A DNA stretch of 64,000 nucleotides from Malacoraja senta (lineage: Eukaryota), in assembly GCA_038087875.1 (NCBI GenBank), contig JAXLNO010002966.1:186001-250000 (forward strand). The letters run 5' to 3'. Numbering within the stretch: position 1 is the first letter of the stretch; every line of letters starts with the position of its first letter. The translations under genes were made by a program, and so were the position numbers. The notes under the pieces are model-generated. The model was not told the DNA's origin and did not search any database. It was given only the letters and a program-made list of their open reading frames with translations. Below are positions 1 to 9,461 of this stretch, piece by piece.

Positions 1-2845
1 CCCTCTTTGACTCCCCGACACTCTGGTAGGAAGCAACCAAGGAGAACATTAAGAGGTTCTTCATAGTTAAAGGGGTTCAGAGAGCAAGACAGAGGGAATT
101 GTGCCAACTCCAGACACATTTGCAACAACTGCTCCTTCTGCAGTCGAGAGGGGTGGATGTGAGGGAGGAACTTAGAGAGGTGAAGGACCGGCAAGCTTGG
201 CTCTTTACCTCTGAATCCTCCAAGATCATCTTCTGATCCAGGGTCCGCCATGTGGAGCAGGATGAGACGTGCTCACGTTTCTTCTTCCATAAGGTTCACA
301 GGGGGGAGCTCTGTGACGAACAGCCTTAGGGAGGAGGACGGCTCGGTAGCATCCTCGCAGACGGACATGCTGAGGATCTGCAAATCCTTTTACACGCATT
401 TGTATGACAAAAAGGCCACGGACAGCACCGCCTCCCAGAACTTCCTGTCCTCTATCACAGAGGTCTTAGAGGACAGCAAGCGGGAGAGTCTGGACCAACC
501 ACTGACCTGAGAGGAGCTGACTGGCTCCATCCGTTCCTTTGACTCGAGTAAAACTCCCGGAAGCGATGGCTTACCGGCCGAGTTGTATTCGGCTCTGTGG
601 GACTGGGTGGGCCCGGACCTGCGGGAAGTGTACAATGACATGCTTCTAGCCAGCAGCATGTCAGACTCCATGAGGAAGGGCAGCATCACCCTAATCTACA
701 AGCAGAAGGGGGAGATGAAGGACATAAAGAATTGGAGACCCATCACATTGTTGAATGTAGATTACAAGATCCTGTCTAAGGCCATCGCCAACCGGGTCAA
801 GTCTGCTCTGGGATAGGTGATCCACCCGGACCAAACCTGTGCTGTACCTGGCAGGAAAATCTCAGACAGCCTCGCGCTGTTGAGAGATACCATCGCCTAC
901 GTGCAGGACAGACGGGTGGGTGCCTGCCTAGTCAGCTTGGACCAGGAGAAGGCCTTCGACAGGATATCGCACACGTACATGAGGGACGTGCTCTCCAAAA
1001 TGGGTTTTGGGGAGGGAATCCGAAATTGGATCAAACTGCTCTACACCAATATCCGTAGTGCTGTCCAAATCAATGGGTGGGAATCAGTTTCCCTGTAAGG
1101 TCTGGAGTCAGGCAGGGGTGCCCTCTCTCTCTCCTGTCTTGTTTGTCTGCTGTATTGAACCTTTTGCCGAGTCCATCAGGAAGGATGTGAGCATAAGAGG
1201 AGTGACATTGCGAGACTTGAAGGCAACCAACACGAGAATAACATTCCCCAGACCCATTCAAGTCAAAACCTCCCTGTACATGGACGATGTCGCTGTCTTC
1301 TGCTCGGATCCAGGGTCGGTCCGCAGATTGATCAGCATCTGCGACCAGTTTGAGTCGGCCACGGGAGCCAGGGTGAACCGCAGGAAGAGCGAAGCCATGC
1401 TCTTTGGCAACTGGCCCGACCAATCTTCCGTCCCCTTTACCATCAAGCCTGACTTCTTGAAGGTGCTGTGGATCTGGTTCGGGCGGGCTGAGGCGTGTTA
1501 CAAGAATTGGCTGGAGCGGATAGCCAAGGTGGGGAAGAAGCAGGAGCTGTGGAGGCAACGCTCCCTCTCCATAACCGGAAAAAATGTGGACATCAGGTGT
1601 GAGGTGCTCTCGGGGCTGCTGTACTTGGCGCAAGTGTGGCCTGTCCCTCCCTCCTACGCCACAGGGATCACCCGGGCTGTCTTCCAGTTCATCTGGGGGT
1701 CGAGGATAGACCGGGTGAACCGGGCCACAATGTACAAGTCAGCAGACAACGGGGGTAAAAGCGTGTCCAATGTCGCCCTCACCCTGATGGCCACCTTTGT
1801 GTGTGGCTGCATCAGGCGGAGTGTAGAGCCAAGGCACGTGGGCACCAAGTGTCACTACCTGCCGAGGTTCTACCTGTCCCCGGTGTTGCGAAGGATGGGC
1901 CTAACGCAGATGCCACACAGTCAGTCAGCTGTACATTGCCGCCCCATCTGTCGTTTGTGGAAAGGTTCTTCCGGACCAACACCTTTGACCACATGTCCAT
2001 TGGGCAGTGGTCAGCACGGAACGTAATGCAGGCACTGCAGGGAAAGGACTCGATGGATCCGGTGGCGTGGTTCCCAGAGCAGACTGCCCAGCTTGTCTGG
2101 CAAAATGCCTCATCGCCAGAACTCACCAACAAGCACCAAGACCTGGCTTGGCTGGCGGTGAGGGGAGCCCTCCCAGTCAGATCCTTCCTGCACCGTCGGA
2201 ACCTCACTGCCAGCGCACGCTGCCCTCGGGACGGCTGCTATGCAGAGGAGACGGTTGCCCACCTCTTCTCAGAGTGTGGATTTGCAAAAAGAGTCTGGAG
2301 AAGTATGCAGGGATCCCTGGCACGCTTTATCCCGAACAGCTCCGTCACAGAGAACTCTGGTTTACGGACTGTTCCCAGGGACACATTCAGAGACGGACAT
2401 CGAGTGCTACTGGAGGGTCATCAACTCGGTGAAAGATGCTATTTGGTCTGCCCGAGCGTTGTTCACCACCCAGCAGAGCGAGATGTCCGTCAGGGAATGT
2501 TGCCGACTGGCCCGCTGCAGACTGCAGGAGTACGTGCTGAGGGACGCACTGAAGCTCGGTGCAGCCAACGCCAAGGCTCGGTGGGGGAGGACCACAGTCT
2601 AGGGTCCTCCCGCTGCTGGACATGGGGGGCACGGTATGGTGGAGACGCCCCTCAAAATAAGGGAAGGTATGCCACGCCAGGGGGGCACATGAGTGGCACG
2701 GGTGGGGGACAGATTTGTGAGAAATGTATATAAACTGCATTGAACAATTTGTATAGCCTCCGAAAATGTCGGATGAATTTGTCGCACGGTTCATGTATTG
2801 TATATATTTATTACCTGAATAAAGTCTATTTTGAAATTTAAAAAA
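1..2845 (+). mobile_element. Tx1-like (L1 clade) non-LTR retrotransposon, ORF2 RT and C-terminal region plus 3' UTR; disrupted; continues upstream of the window
   Basis: Broken ORFs carry PGSDGLPAELY, WRPITLLNVDYKIL, HPDQTCAVPGR, SLDQEKAFDRISH, LYMDDV and a C-terminal CPRDGC..EET..HL..EC motif. In-frame stops at 508-510 and 814-816, frameshifts further on, natural stop at 2600-2602, AATAAA at 2818-2823, then an A-rich end. Confidence 0.9.
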
Positions 2846-3869
2846 GTTGAGTACTGGTGTTGCCTCTGTATCCACCTCTGTCAAAGTGCCAATAGAAAGA
2901 TTCAGCAAAGGCATGTGTTGAGAAGATGAGAGATGCTTGATGAGGAGAGAGAAGGGCAAGCAGCAAACTGCTGAGGAATCGCCTGTACCTTCTGTGGGCC
3001 CCTTTCTGGTTTCGGGATTGGATTGAGCTATTTTCAATTTAGTTATTTGCTTTGGTGACGTGGTACTTAGACGCCCTCAGAGTCTAGAGTAAACCACATG
3101 GGTGAGTTTGGAGACTCATTGAGAGTGGATCAGGTATGGACTGCAGATTCCCCCATTTTGCACCAATTCAGTTGTTTTACCAGCCACTGAGCTACCAAGA
3201 CAAACATTTCTTTTAATCAAACATTTTTGATTTATTCTAATGATTCATATTTCAATTCCCCAGCTCCAACAGAGAGATTTGAACATGCTTCTGGGTCAGC
3301 AGCCTGACATTCTGACTGATAATGCAACAAGTGTACATTATTCTACCAGACCACTGGGTGCATGAAAAGGATCACCTTCAAACCAAGTGATGTTAAATAC
3401 CACAACCCCTATCCTCGCTGGATAGAATTAACCCATTCAGTGCCACCCCAGAGTATACTCGGGTCAGAGTATACAAGTGAAAAAAGAAAACAATTATTTG
3501 CAGTGAACAGGTTAAATCCTGGTCCAGACCAAAGGATTTCACATGGATGGGCATTTGCAGGGGCCTCTTCCCCAAATATTGATTCTTAGCTTTCCATTTT
3601 GGCATAACGTTAATCCCCATTTATGAAGAGCGCAATAAAACACGTTCTACAAAGAAACACTTCTGCAATAATCAGTCTGCCATTATCATGAAAAGTAATA
3701 TAGTCATTCAATTTACCTACCGACCCACGTTGTGTCTCTGTCTTTCGCTCTCTCCCTCCCTCTCTCTCTCTCGCGGCTCTCTCTCCCCCGTGCGCTCTCT
3801 CTCCCGTGCGCGCTCTCTCTCTCCCGTTCCCCACCACTCTAGCTCTCTCGGCATTCCCGGAATCATTGA

Positions 3870-4010
3870 CGTTTTGCGGTATACAAAAATGCTGGAGAAA
3901 CTTAGCGGGTGAGGCAGCATCTATGGAGCGAAGGAAATATGCAACGTTTCGGGTCAAAACCCTTCTTCAGACCCGGCTATTTCCTTCACTCCATGGATGC
4001 TGCCTCAAGC
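3870..4010. mobile_element. Foldback remnant made of two inverted Penelope-like terminal repeats
   Basis: gaggcagcatctatggagcgaaggaaata (3911-3939) is inverted at about 3978-4007, with the hammerhead motif in the loop. Confidence 0.7.
3943..3970 (-). ncRNA. Minimal type I hammerhead ribozyme motif in a Penelope-like terminal repeat
   Basis: Minus strand reads CTGAAGA-A-GGGTT-TT-GACCC-GAAA-CGTT: intact core, stem II and palindromic ACGT stem III, with a GUU cleavage triplet. Confidence 0.65.
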
Positions 4011-4321
4011 CCTGTCCCATTGTGCGAGTTCACACAAGAGCTTAAAATCACTGGTAGCATCTCTGTCCCATCTTCAAATTCCCACTTTGAAATAAAATAC
4101 AGATTTCGACTTAAACAATTTGCAGCAGGATCGCGATTAGTCGATTCCCACGCATTTTCAATCATCGTTCGATTCAGTGTAATTTTCACACCTAGTTGAT
4201 ATAGTTTTTTTTTTAAGATACAGTACATTACAATAAATGGTTTCAAGCATACCCAGTACTAAACGCACGAACATTAAGGTGGTTACTGATGTTACAAACA
4301 GTTATAAATGAATATAATTTC

Positions 4322-4342
4322 AAAGTGAAATAGGAGATTTCC
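4322..4342 (+). promoter_or_regulatory. Adjacent IRF-E-like (AAAGTGAAA) and NF-kB-like (GGAGATTTCC) motifs
   Basis: Motif match only, at 4322-4330 and 4333-4342, in apparently unique, relatively CpG-rich sequence; an ATG follows at 4367. Confidence 0.2.
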
Positions 4343-5220
4343 GTGGAAAGAATATTTGACCAGAATATGGCGAGGTCGCTGCAAAATGCTCACTTAAAAC
4401 AATACGCCGTCAACTCAGGATTGTTTCTTATCCCTCTGACAGGTGTTTCAATCTCACCTCGCAGCTCGCTGTTAATCGATTCATAGCTATTAATTTTCAT
4501 TCCTGGTCCGTAAACGCTTCAAGTTACGCTTCTTGTGTGGTGGTAAGGGGGGGGGGGGGATGCTAGGATAAAATACCATATATTTGTATCTATATAGCGA
4601 TCCTGCTGCGAAATTTTTGTCGCGTTGTAATTTATTTCAAAGTGAGAATTGGAAGATAGGGGCAGAGATGCTACAGAGATTTTGATAGGAGGGAAACGTT
4701 ACAGCAGCTGAGTAAAAGATTAGTCAAATGGTAGGTTCAATGAAGATCGGGCGAGGGGGATTGGGTGTGGGGGAAAAGTATCTATAGTTTGGGACTTGCC
4801 TAAATGAGTACTGAGATGGATTATCATTCCACACCAAATTTCTTAGACAACAATACATGTTATGCAATTATCACAACATTTTGTTGGATATGGATCAACC
4901 TATGGTACATGCTCGTAAATTAGTAAAACAAATGTTCTTTAAGTACTGCTGTTTCTGGGATGGGATTTCTGATAACAAATAACCTACATTCTATATTTTG
5001 TCATAATGTGGCTGAAACAATGGCATATTTTGTGATATTTATTGAGATAGAAAGATACAACTGAGTTTGGGCAAGATATTACCTTGCAACATTCTGTATG
5101 TCAGATATTGTGAAATGGAACAGAAATTATGGGAGGATTGCATAAAACTACAATTCAAAGGTAATGAATATACAGAGTATTCTTATTTCCATCATGAACA
5201 TACAATAGTGATATAGAACA

Positions 5221-6150
5221 CCAGGTCCTACTACGGTAAACTCACGAGCTACTACGGTATGACTACGTGTTAAAAAGTATTAATTTTTTACACCCTGAGT
5301 ATATTTTACATGTGGACATTTTTCAACATGTTGAAAAATCTTCACAAGTTACCACGTTTCCCGAGTACCTGCCGTTAGCGCTAAGAAATGGCATGTTGGC
5401 CTTTATAACAGGAGGAATCGAATATAGGAGCAAAGAGGTCCTTCTGCAGTTGTAGAGTTCTAGTGAGACCGCACCTGGAGTATTGTGTGCAGTTTTGGTC
5501 CCCTAATTTGAGGAAGGACATTCTTGCTATTGAGGGAGTGCAGCGTAGGTTTACAAGGTTAATTCCCGTGATGGCGGGACTGTCATATGCTGAGAGAATG
5601 GAGCAGCTGGGCTTGTAGACTCTCGAGTTTAGAAGGATGAGAGGGTATCTCATTGAAACATATAAGATTTGTTAAGGGCTTGGACACGCTAGAGGCAGGA
5701 AACATGTTCCCGATGTTGGGGGAGTCCAGAACCAGAGGCCACAGTTTAAGAATAAGGAGTAAGCCATTTAGAACGGGGACGAGTAAACACTTTTTCTCAC
5801 AGAGAGTGGTGAGTGTGGAATTCTCTGCCTCAGAGGGCGGTGGAGGCCGGTTCTCTGGATGCTTTCAAGAGAGAGCTAGATAGGGCTCTTAAAGATAGCT
5901 GAGTCAGGGGATATGGGGAGAAGGCAGGAACGGGGTACTGATTGTGGATGATCAGCCATGTTCACATTGAATGGCGGTGCTGGCTCGAAGGGCCAAATGG
6001 CCTGCTCCTGCACCAATTGTCTATTGTCTATTGAAACGTTCCGAGCTCCGACGTACCCGCTACGTTCATTCTACGTGTTTACCACGAGTTTTGATTTTTT
6101 TTTAAACTCGGGAGAGCTCTTGGGTGAACTCGCACAGTGGAACAGGGCTT
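5221..6150. mobile_element. MITE of the family seen at 22704-23017, split by a CR1 insertion
   Basis: ccgagtacctgccgttagcg..ctaaga (to 5388) resumes as cgttccgagctccgacgtacccgc at 6037, collinear with the intact copy. GAAA sits on both sides of the insert (5385-5388, 6033-6036). Confidence 0.75.
5387..6032 (+). mobile_element. CR1-type LINE 3' fragment (HER1-like)
   Basis: Encodes the CR1 RT C-terminus (RPHLEYCVQFWSP..RKDILAIEGVQRRFTRLIP) and ends in the CR1 tail with ctattgtctatt repeats. Confidence 0.85.
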
Positions 6151-6159
6151 CACACCCGC

Positions 6160-6615
6160 TGAGTTTCTCCAGCATTTTTGTCTATCTTCGATTTTCCAGC
6201 ATCTACAGTTCCTTCTTAGACATTGTGCGGTGACGGCTGCATCTGCGGTTCCTTTCTGTTGGGGGGAGGGGTGGGGGGGGGAGGGTCCTGGCCCGTGGCG
6301 GCTCCTGATAAGTGATATGTTTCCTCCGCAGGTGCTGCCTTGCCCGCTGAGTTCCTCCAGCACTCTGTGTTTTTTGTTTGGCTCTGAAGTTGAAGGTGGA
6401 CCCCCTGTGTCTACCTTCAACTCCCTGTCTGTGGTGGCTCAGCGGGACGGGCAGGGGCTCTGGGGAGAGGGTTGCGGTTCTGGTCGAGATCCTTCTTCAG
6501 ACAATCACAAGTACTCTCACCGACGAGAGTTCAGTTCAGTCTGAAGAATGGTCTTCTCTCCAGAGTCGCTGCGTTGCCTGTCCTGCTGAGCTACTCCAGC
6601 TTTTGTCTGTCTCCA
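6160..6615. mobile_element. Cluster of degenerate Penelope-like terminal repeat fragments in both orientations
   Basis: Repeated cccgctgagttwctccagcattttt and ctgaagaa motifs; inverted cttcagac/gtctgaag at about 6495-6546. Confidence 0.6.
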
Positions 6616-6731
6616 ATTTCAGAGTTAGAGAAAATTGCAGACTTGATTTTTAAAATCTCAAAATTTTGTAACATTGCTAGAAAATGTACTCGCATCTTGG
6701 AGGCCGAAGGTTAGGTTATTAGCCAAGAAAG

Positions 6732-6803
6732 ATGGACTTTGTTATCCCTCAGTACAGCAACATCAAGAACGATGTTGTTGTACTGAGGGATAGCCAAGTC
6801 TAT
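6732..6803 (+). other. 33-bp stem, 6-nt loop hairpin
   Basis: Arms 6732-6764 and 6771-6803 pair at 29 Watson-Crick positions, 3 G-U and 1 U-C. Confidence 0.85.
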
Positions 6804-6891
6804 CCCTCATTGCTAGCAGCTGATGGGAAGCGGCTGTAAAGTGGGAAGCGGCAGTAAAAGGACAGCGCTGCTGAGGGGGGGGGGGGGAGAG

Positions 6892-7552
6892 AGAGTTCAT
6901 TTCACAGCGTGTGGGTAGTCTGTCCAGGGGTAAAGTAGCGGGGAGGGTTGAGGATGGGGTCGGCCGGGGATCATCCAACTCGAGCGGGTCAGCAGGCGAT
7001 GGATAACAGGACAGCGGGCGGTGGAGCTTACTCCATATGTCAGGGCGAGTAACCTCAATTGATCCCTTGTTCGCGTTGACACAGGGGTAAGCTCCACCGC
7101 CCGCTGTGATGTTATCCATCACCCGCTGACCCACTCTGCTCTATGATCTTTGCTCTTGAGCTGGTCCCCTCACTGTTCAGACGGAGAGCACTGCCAGAGG
7201 TGAGCGGGCCGGCAGAAGACGCTGAGATGGCAGTCGGTTCCGCTGTCCGGTGATGGAGGTCACTCGTAGCCACGCGAGCTGCTTCCCACCCCGGCCACAA
7301 TGCGGTGGCTCCGCGCCCGGAGCGCCGTGGCAGCGGTGAGTGAGTGTTACTGGCATGAACACCGACCCCCACCTTCTCAACGCTCCTTCCATCCTCGCAA
7401 CTTTACCCCTGGCTAGACCCCACACGCTGTGAAAGGAACTCTACCCCGAATTGTCATGTTACTCACGGCCCGTGACTCATTTATAATTATTTATTTATAT
7501 TTCTACGAAAAAATTTCCCAATTGGGCCCCGCACCTCTTAAGGCCGGCCCTG
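6892..7552. mobile_element. hAT-like non-autonomous element, right end only, with an internal ~75-bp imperfect inverted repeat; left boundary unknown
   Basis: Ends in TTAAGGCCGGCCCTG (CAGGGCCGG-type terminus, like the element ending at 13972). 6892-6963 is the imperfect reverse complement of 7361-7442. No left terminus found. Confidence 0.55.
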
Positions 7553-7752
7553 CTTCTACCCACGGGCCATCGATGTAACGTGGCTGAGAGATGGTGAGGG
7601 AGACCACGAGTCTGAATCCAGTGATCTGTTGCCCAATTGGGATGGGACTTACCAGCTGAAGAATACAATTCAACTGAGTAGAGAAGATGTGGCAAAATTC
7701 TCCTGTTACATCGAACATGCAACTCTGCTGCAGGGAGTCAATGTTCCACAGG
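7543..7752 (+). CDS. MHC class I-like alpha-3 (C1-set Ig) exon, 5'-truncated; possibly a pseudogene
   Basis: Translates to (RPC)FYPRAIDVTWLRDGEGDHESESSDLLPNWDGTYQLKNTIQLSREDVAKFSCYIEHATLLQGVNVPQ, with the class I alpha-3 motifs FYP, WLRDG, PNxDGTYQ and C.IEH..L. Strong phase-1 donor CAGG|GTAAGT at 7752/7753. Native homology starts at 7553; the 7543 start assumes a cryptic acceptor. Confidence 0.85.
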
Positions 7753-7845
7753 GTAAGTGGCAAGTCAATGAGGCTGATCACTTGAGACAATAAACCTCCT
7801 GGACTGAGATAACAGCCTCAACACACTCTTAACTAAGCTGTGCAT

Positions 7846-8158
7846 TTAGACTTTAAACTTTAGAGATATGGTGCAGATACAGGCCGCTCAGCTCACTGAG
7901 TCCACGCTGAACAGTGATCAGCCCGTACATTTACACTAACCAACACACTGGGGACAATTTACAATTTTACCTAAGCCAAGTAACCTACAAGCCTGTATGT
8001 CTTTGTAGTGTGGGAGGAAACCGAAGCACGCGGAGAAAACTCACGCAGTCACAGGGAGAACATACAATGTCCTTGCAGACAGCACCTGTAGTCAGTATCA
8101 AACCCAGGTCTCTGGCGCAGTAAGGCAGCAGCTCTACCGCTACGCCACTGTGCCGCCC
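7846..8158 (-). mobile_element. tRNA-derived HE1/V-SINE-like SINE
   Basis: Minus strand: ggcacagtggcgtagcggtagagctgctgccttac head, gtttgatactgactacagg B-box region, central domain and ctaaa-repeat tail. Confidence 0.8.
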
Positions 8159-8213
8159 ATTAATAATTTGTGGTTATCTAATTGCCCAGAATTATTGATA
8201 GTCAATGGAATGT

Positions 8214-8502
8214 GGTTTTAGTTTAAGAGATACAGCGCAGAAACCCGGCCCTTCAGCCCACCGAGTCTGCGTCAACCAGCGATCCCTGCACACTTACATT
8301 ATCTTACTTATTAGGGGACAATTTACAATTATACCACGCCAATTAACCTACCAACCTGTATGTCTTTGGACTGACGGAGGAAACCGGAGATCCAGGCAAA
8401 ACCCACGCAAGTCCCGGGGAGAAGGTACAAAACTCTGTATAGACGGGACCCGTAGTTAGAATTGAACCCGGGTCTCTGGCGCTGTAAGGCTGCTGTTCCA
8501 CT
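8214..8502 (-). mobile_element. HE1/V-SINE-like SINE
   Basis: Same head, body and tail as the 7846-8158 copy. Confidence 0.8.
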
Positions 8503-8937
8503 AAGTGGGCAAAGCAGAGCCAAAAGGAATACAGTGTAGTAAGTGTCTGGTTTTACATTTTGGCAGTCGGAATAAAGACGTAGACTATTTGAGCTACAAA
8601 GTGGGAGTACTAGCGCAGGATTCCCAAATAGTTCACTTGCAAATTGAGTCGGTGGTAAGTAAGGCAAATGCAATGCCAGCATTCATTTCGGGGGGCCTAG
8701 AATATAAAAACAATGATATAATGCTGAGGATTTATCGGGCACTGGTGAGGACACATTTGGAATATTGTGAGCAGTTTTGGGCTCCATATTAGAAAGGATG
8801 TGCTGGCTTTGGAGAGGGTCCAGAGGAAGTATGTCCTGGGGATGATTGATTTAACGTATGAGGAATGTTTGAAGTCTCTGTGCCTGTGCTCGTGGGATTT
8901 AGAAGGATGAGGGGGAAATCTCATTGAAACCTACCAG
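8503..8937 (+). mobile_element. CR1 fragment, left part (continues at 13973-14325)
   Basis: Encodes RALVRTHLEYCEQFWAPY and stops at ctcattgaaacctaccag, where the hAT element is inserted. Confidence 0.8.
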
Positions 8938-9461
8938 CAGGGACGGATTTAGATGAAGAGAGGCCCTAAACTGTTCCACTTGTGAGCCCCCCGCCCCAAT
9001 CCCCCACCCCCACGACTAGAGGAAGATGGTCCACCAGATTGACACCGATTTGCAGCCGAGCGTGGCCAATGAGATAAGGGGCTGGTAAGCTGGGCTTTAT
9101 TTATTTATTTATTTATTGCCTGTGCTAGTGTCGAGTTATTGGCTTAAAACACTATTATTCTGAAATGGAGGGCAAGGAAAATTACTGAAGGGTTGTTTAG
9201 AGACTACAGTGCGTTGTGACAGCATATGTAAGAAAGGCCTATACACCTTGCAGGGCTCTCACTTAATTTTTTTTCTCTGTTGTCAGCCGGGCAACCTTGG
9301 CAGCTTTTAAGTTGCCAAATTACAGTTTAGGTGGTTATTTAAGACGGCTTGCATGGCGCGTGCGATAATGTGCTTGGACGAAGTGCATAGTTACCTGTCG
9401 GAATTATACTCAGTGAAGCACTCGCATATTATTTCTGCTTTAAATAAAACTACAAACTAAA

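Noticed and set aside
390-2787. Overlapping alternative-frame and antisense ORFs in the Tx1 element
   Set aside because: GC-rich shadows of the broken ORF2, with no independent motifs.
4367-4542. Leader exon of the MHC-like gene
   Set aside because: The ATG frame stops before the strong donor, and the frame reaching the donor in phase 1 has no ATG.
6388-6422. 14-bp hairpin
   Set aside because: Explained by two inverted scraps of the Penelope terminal repeat.
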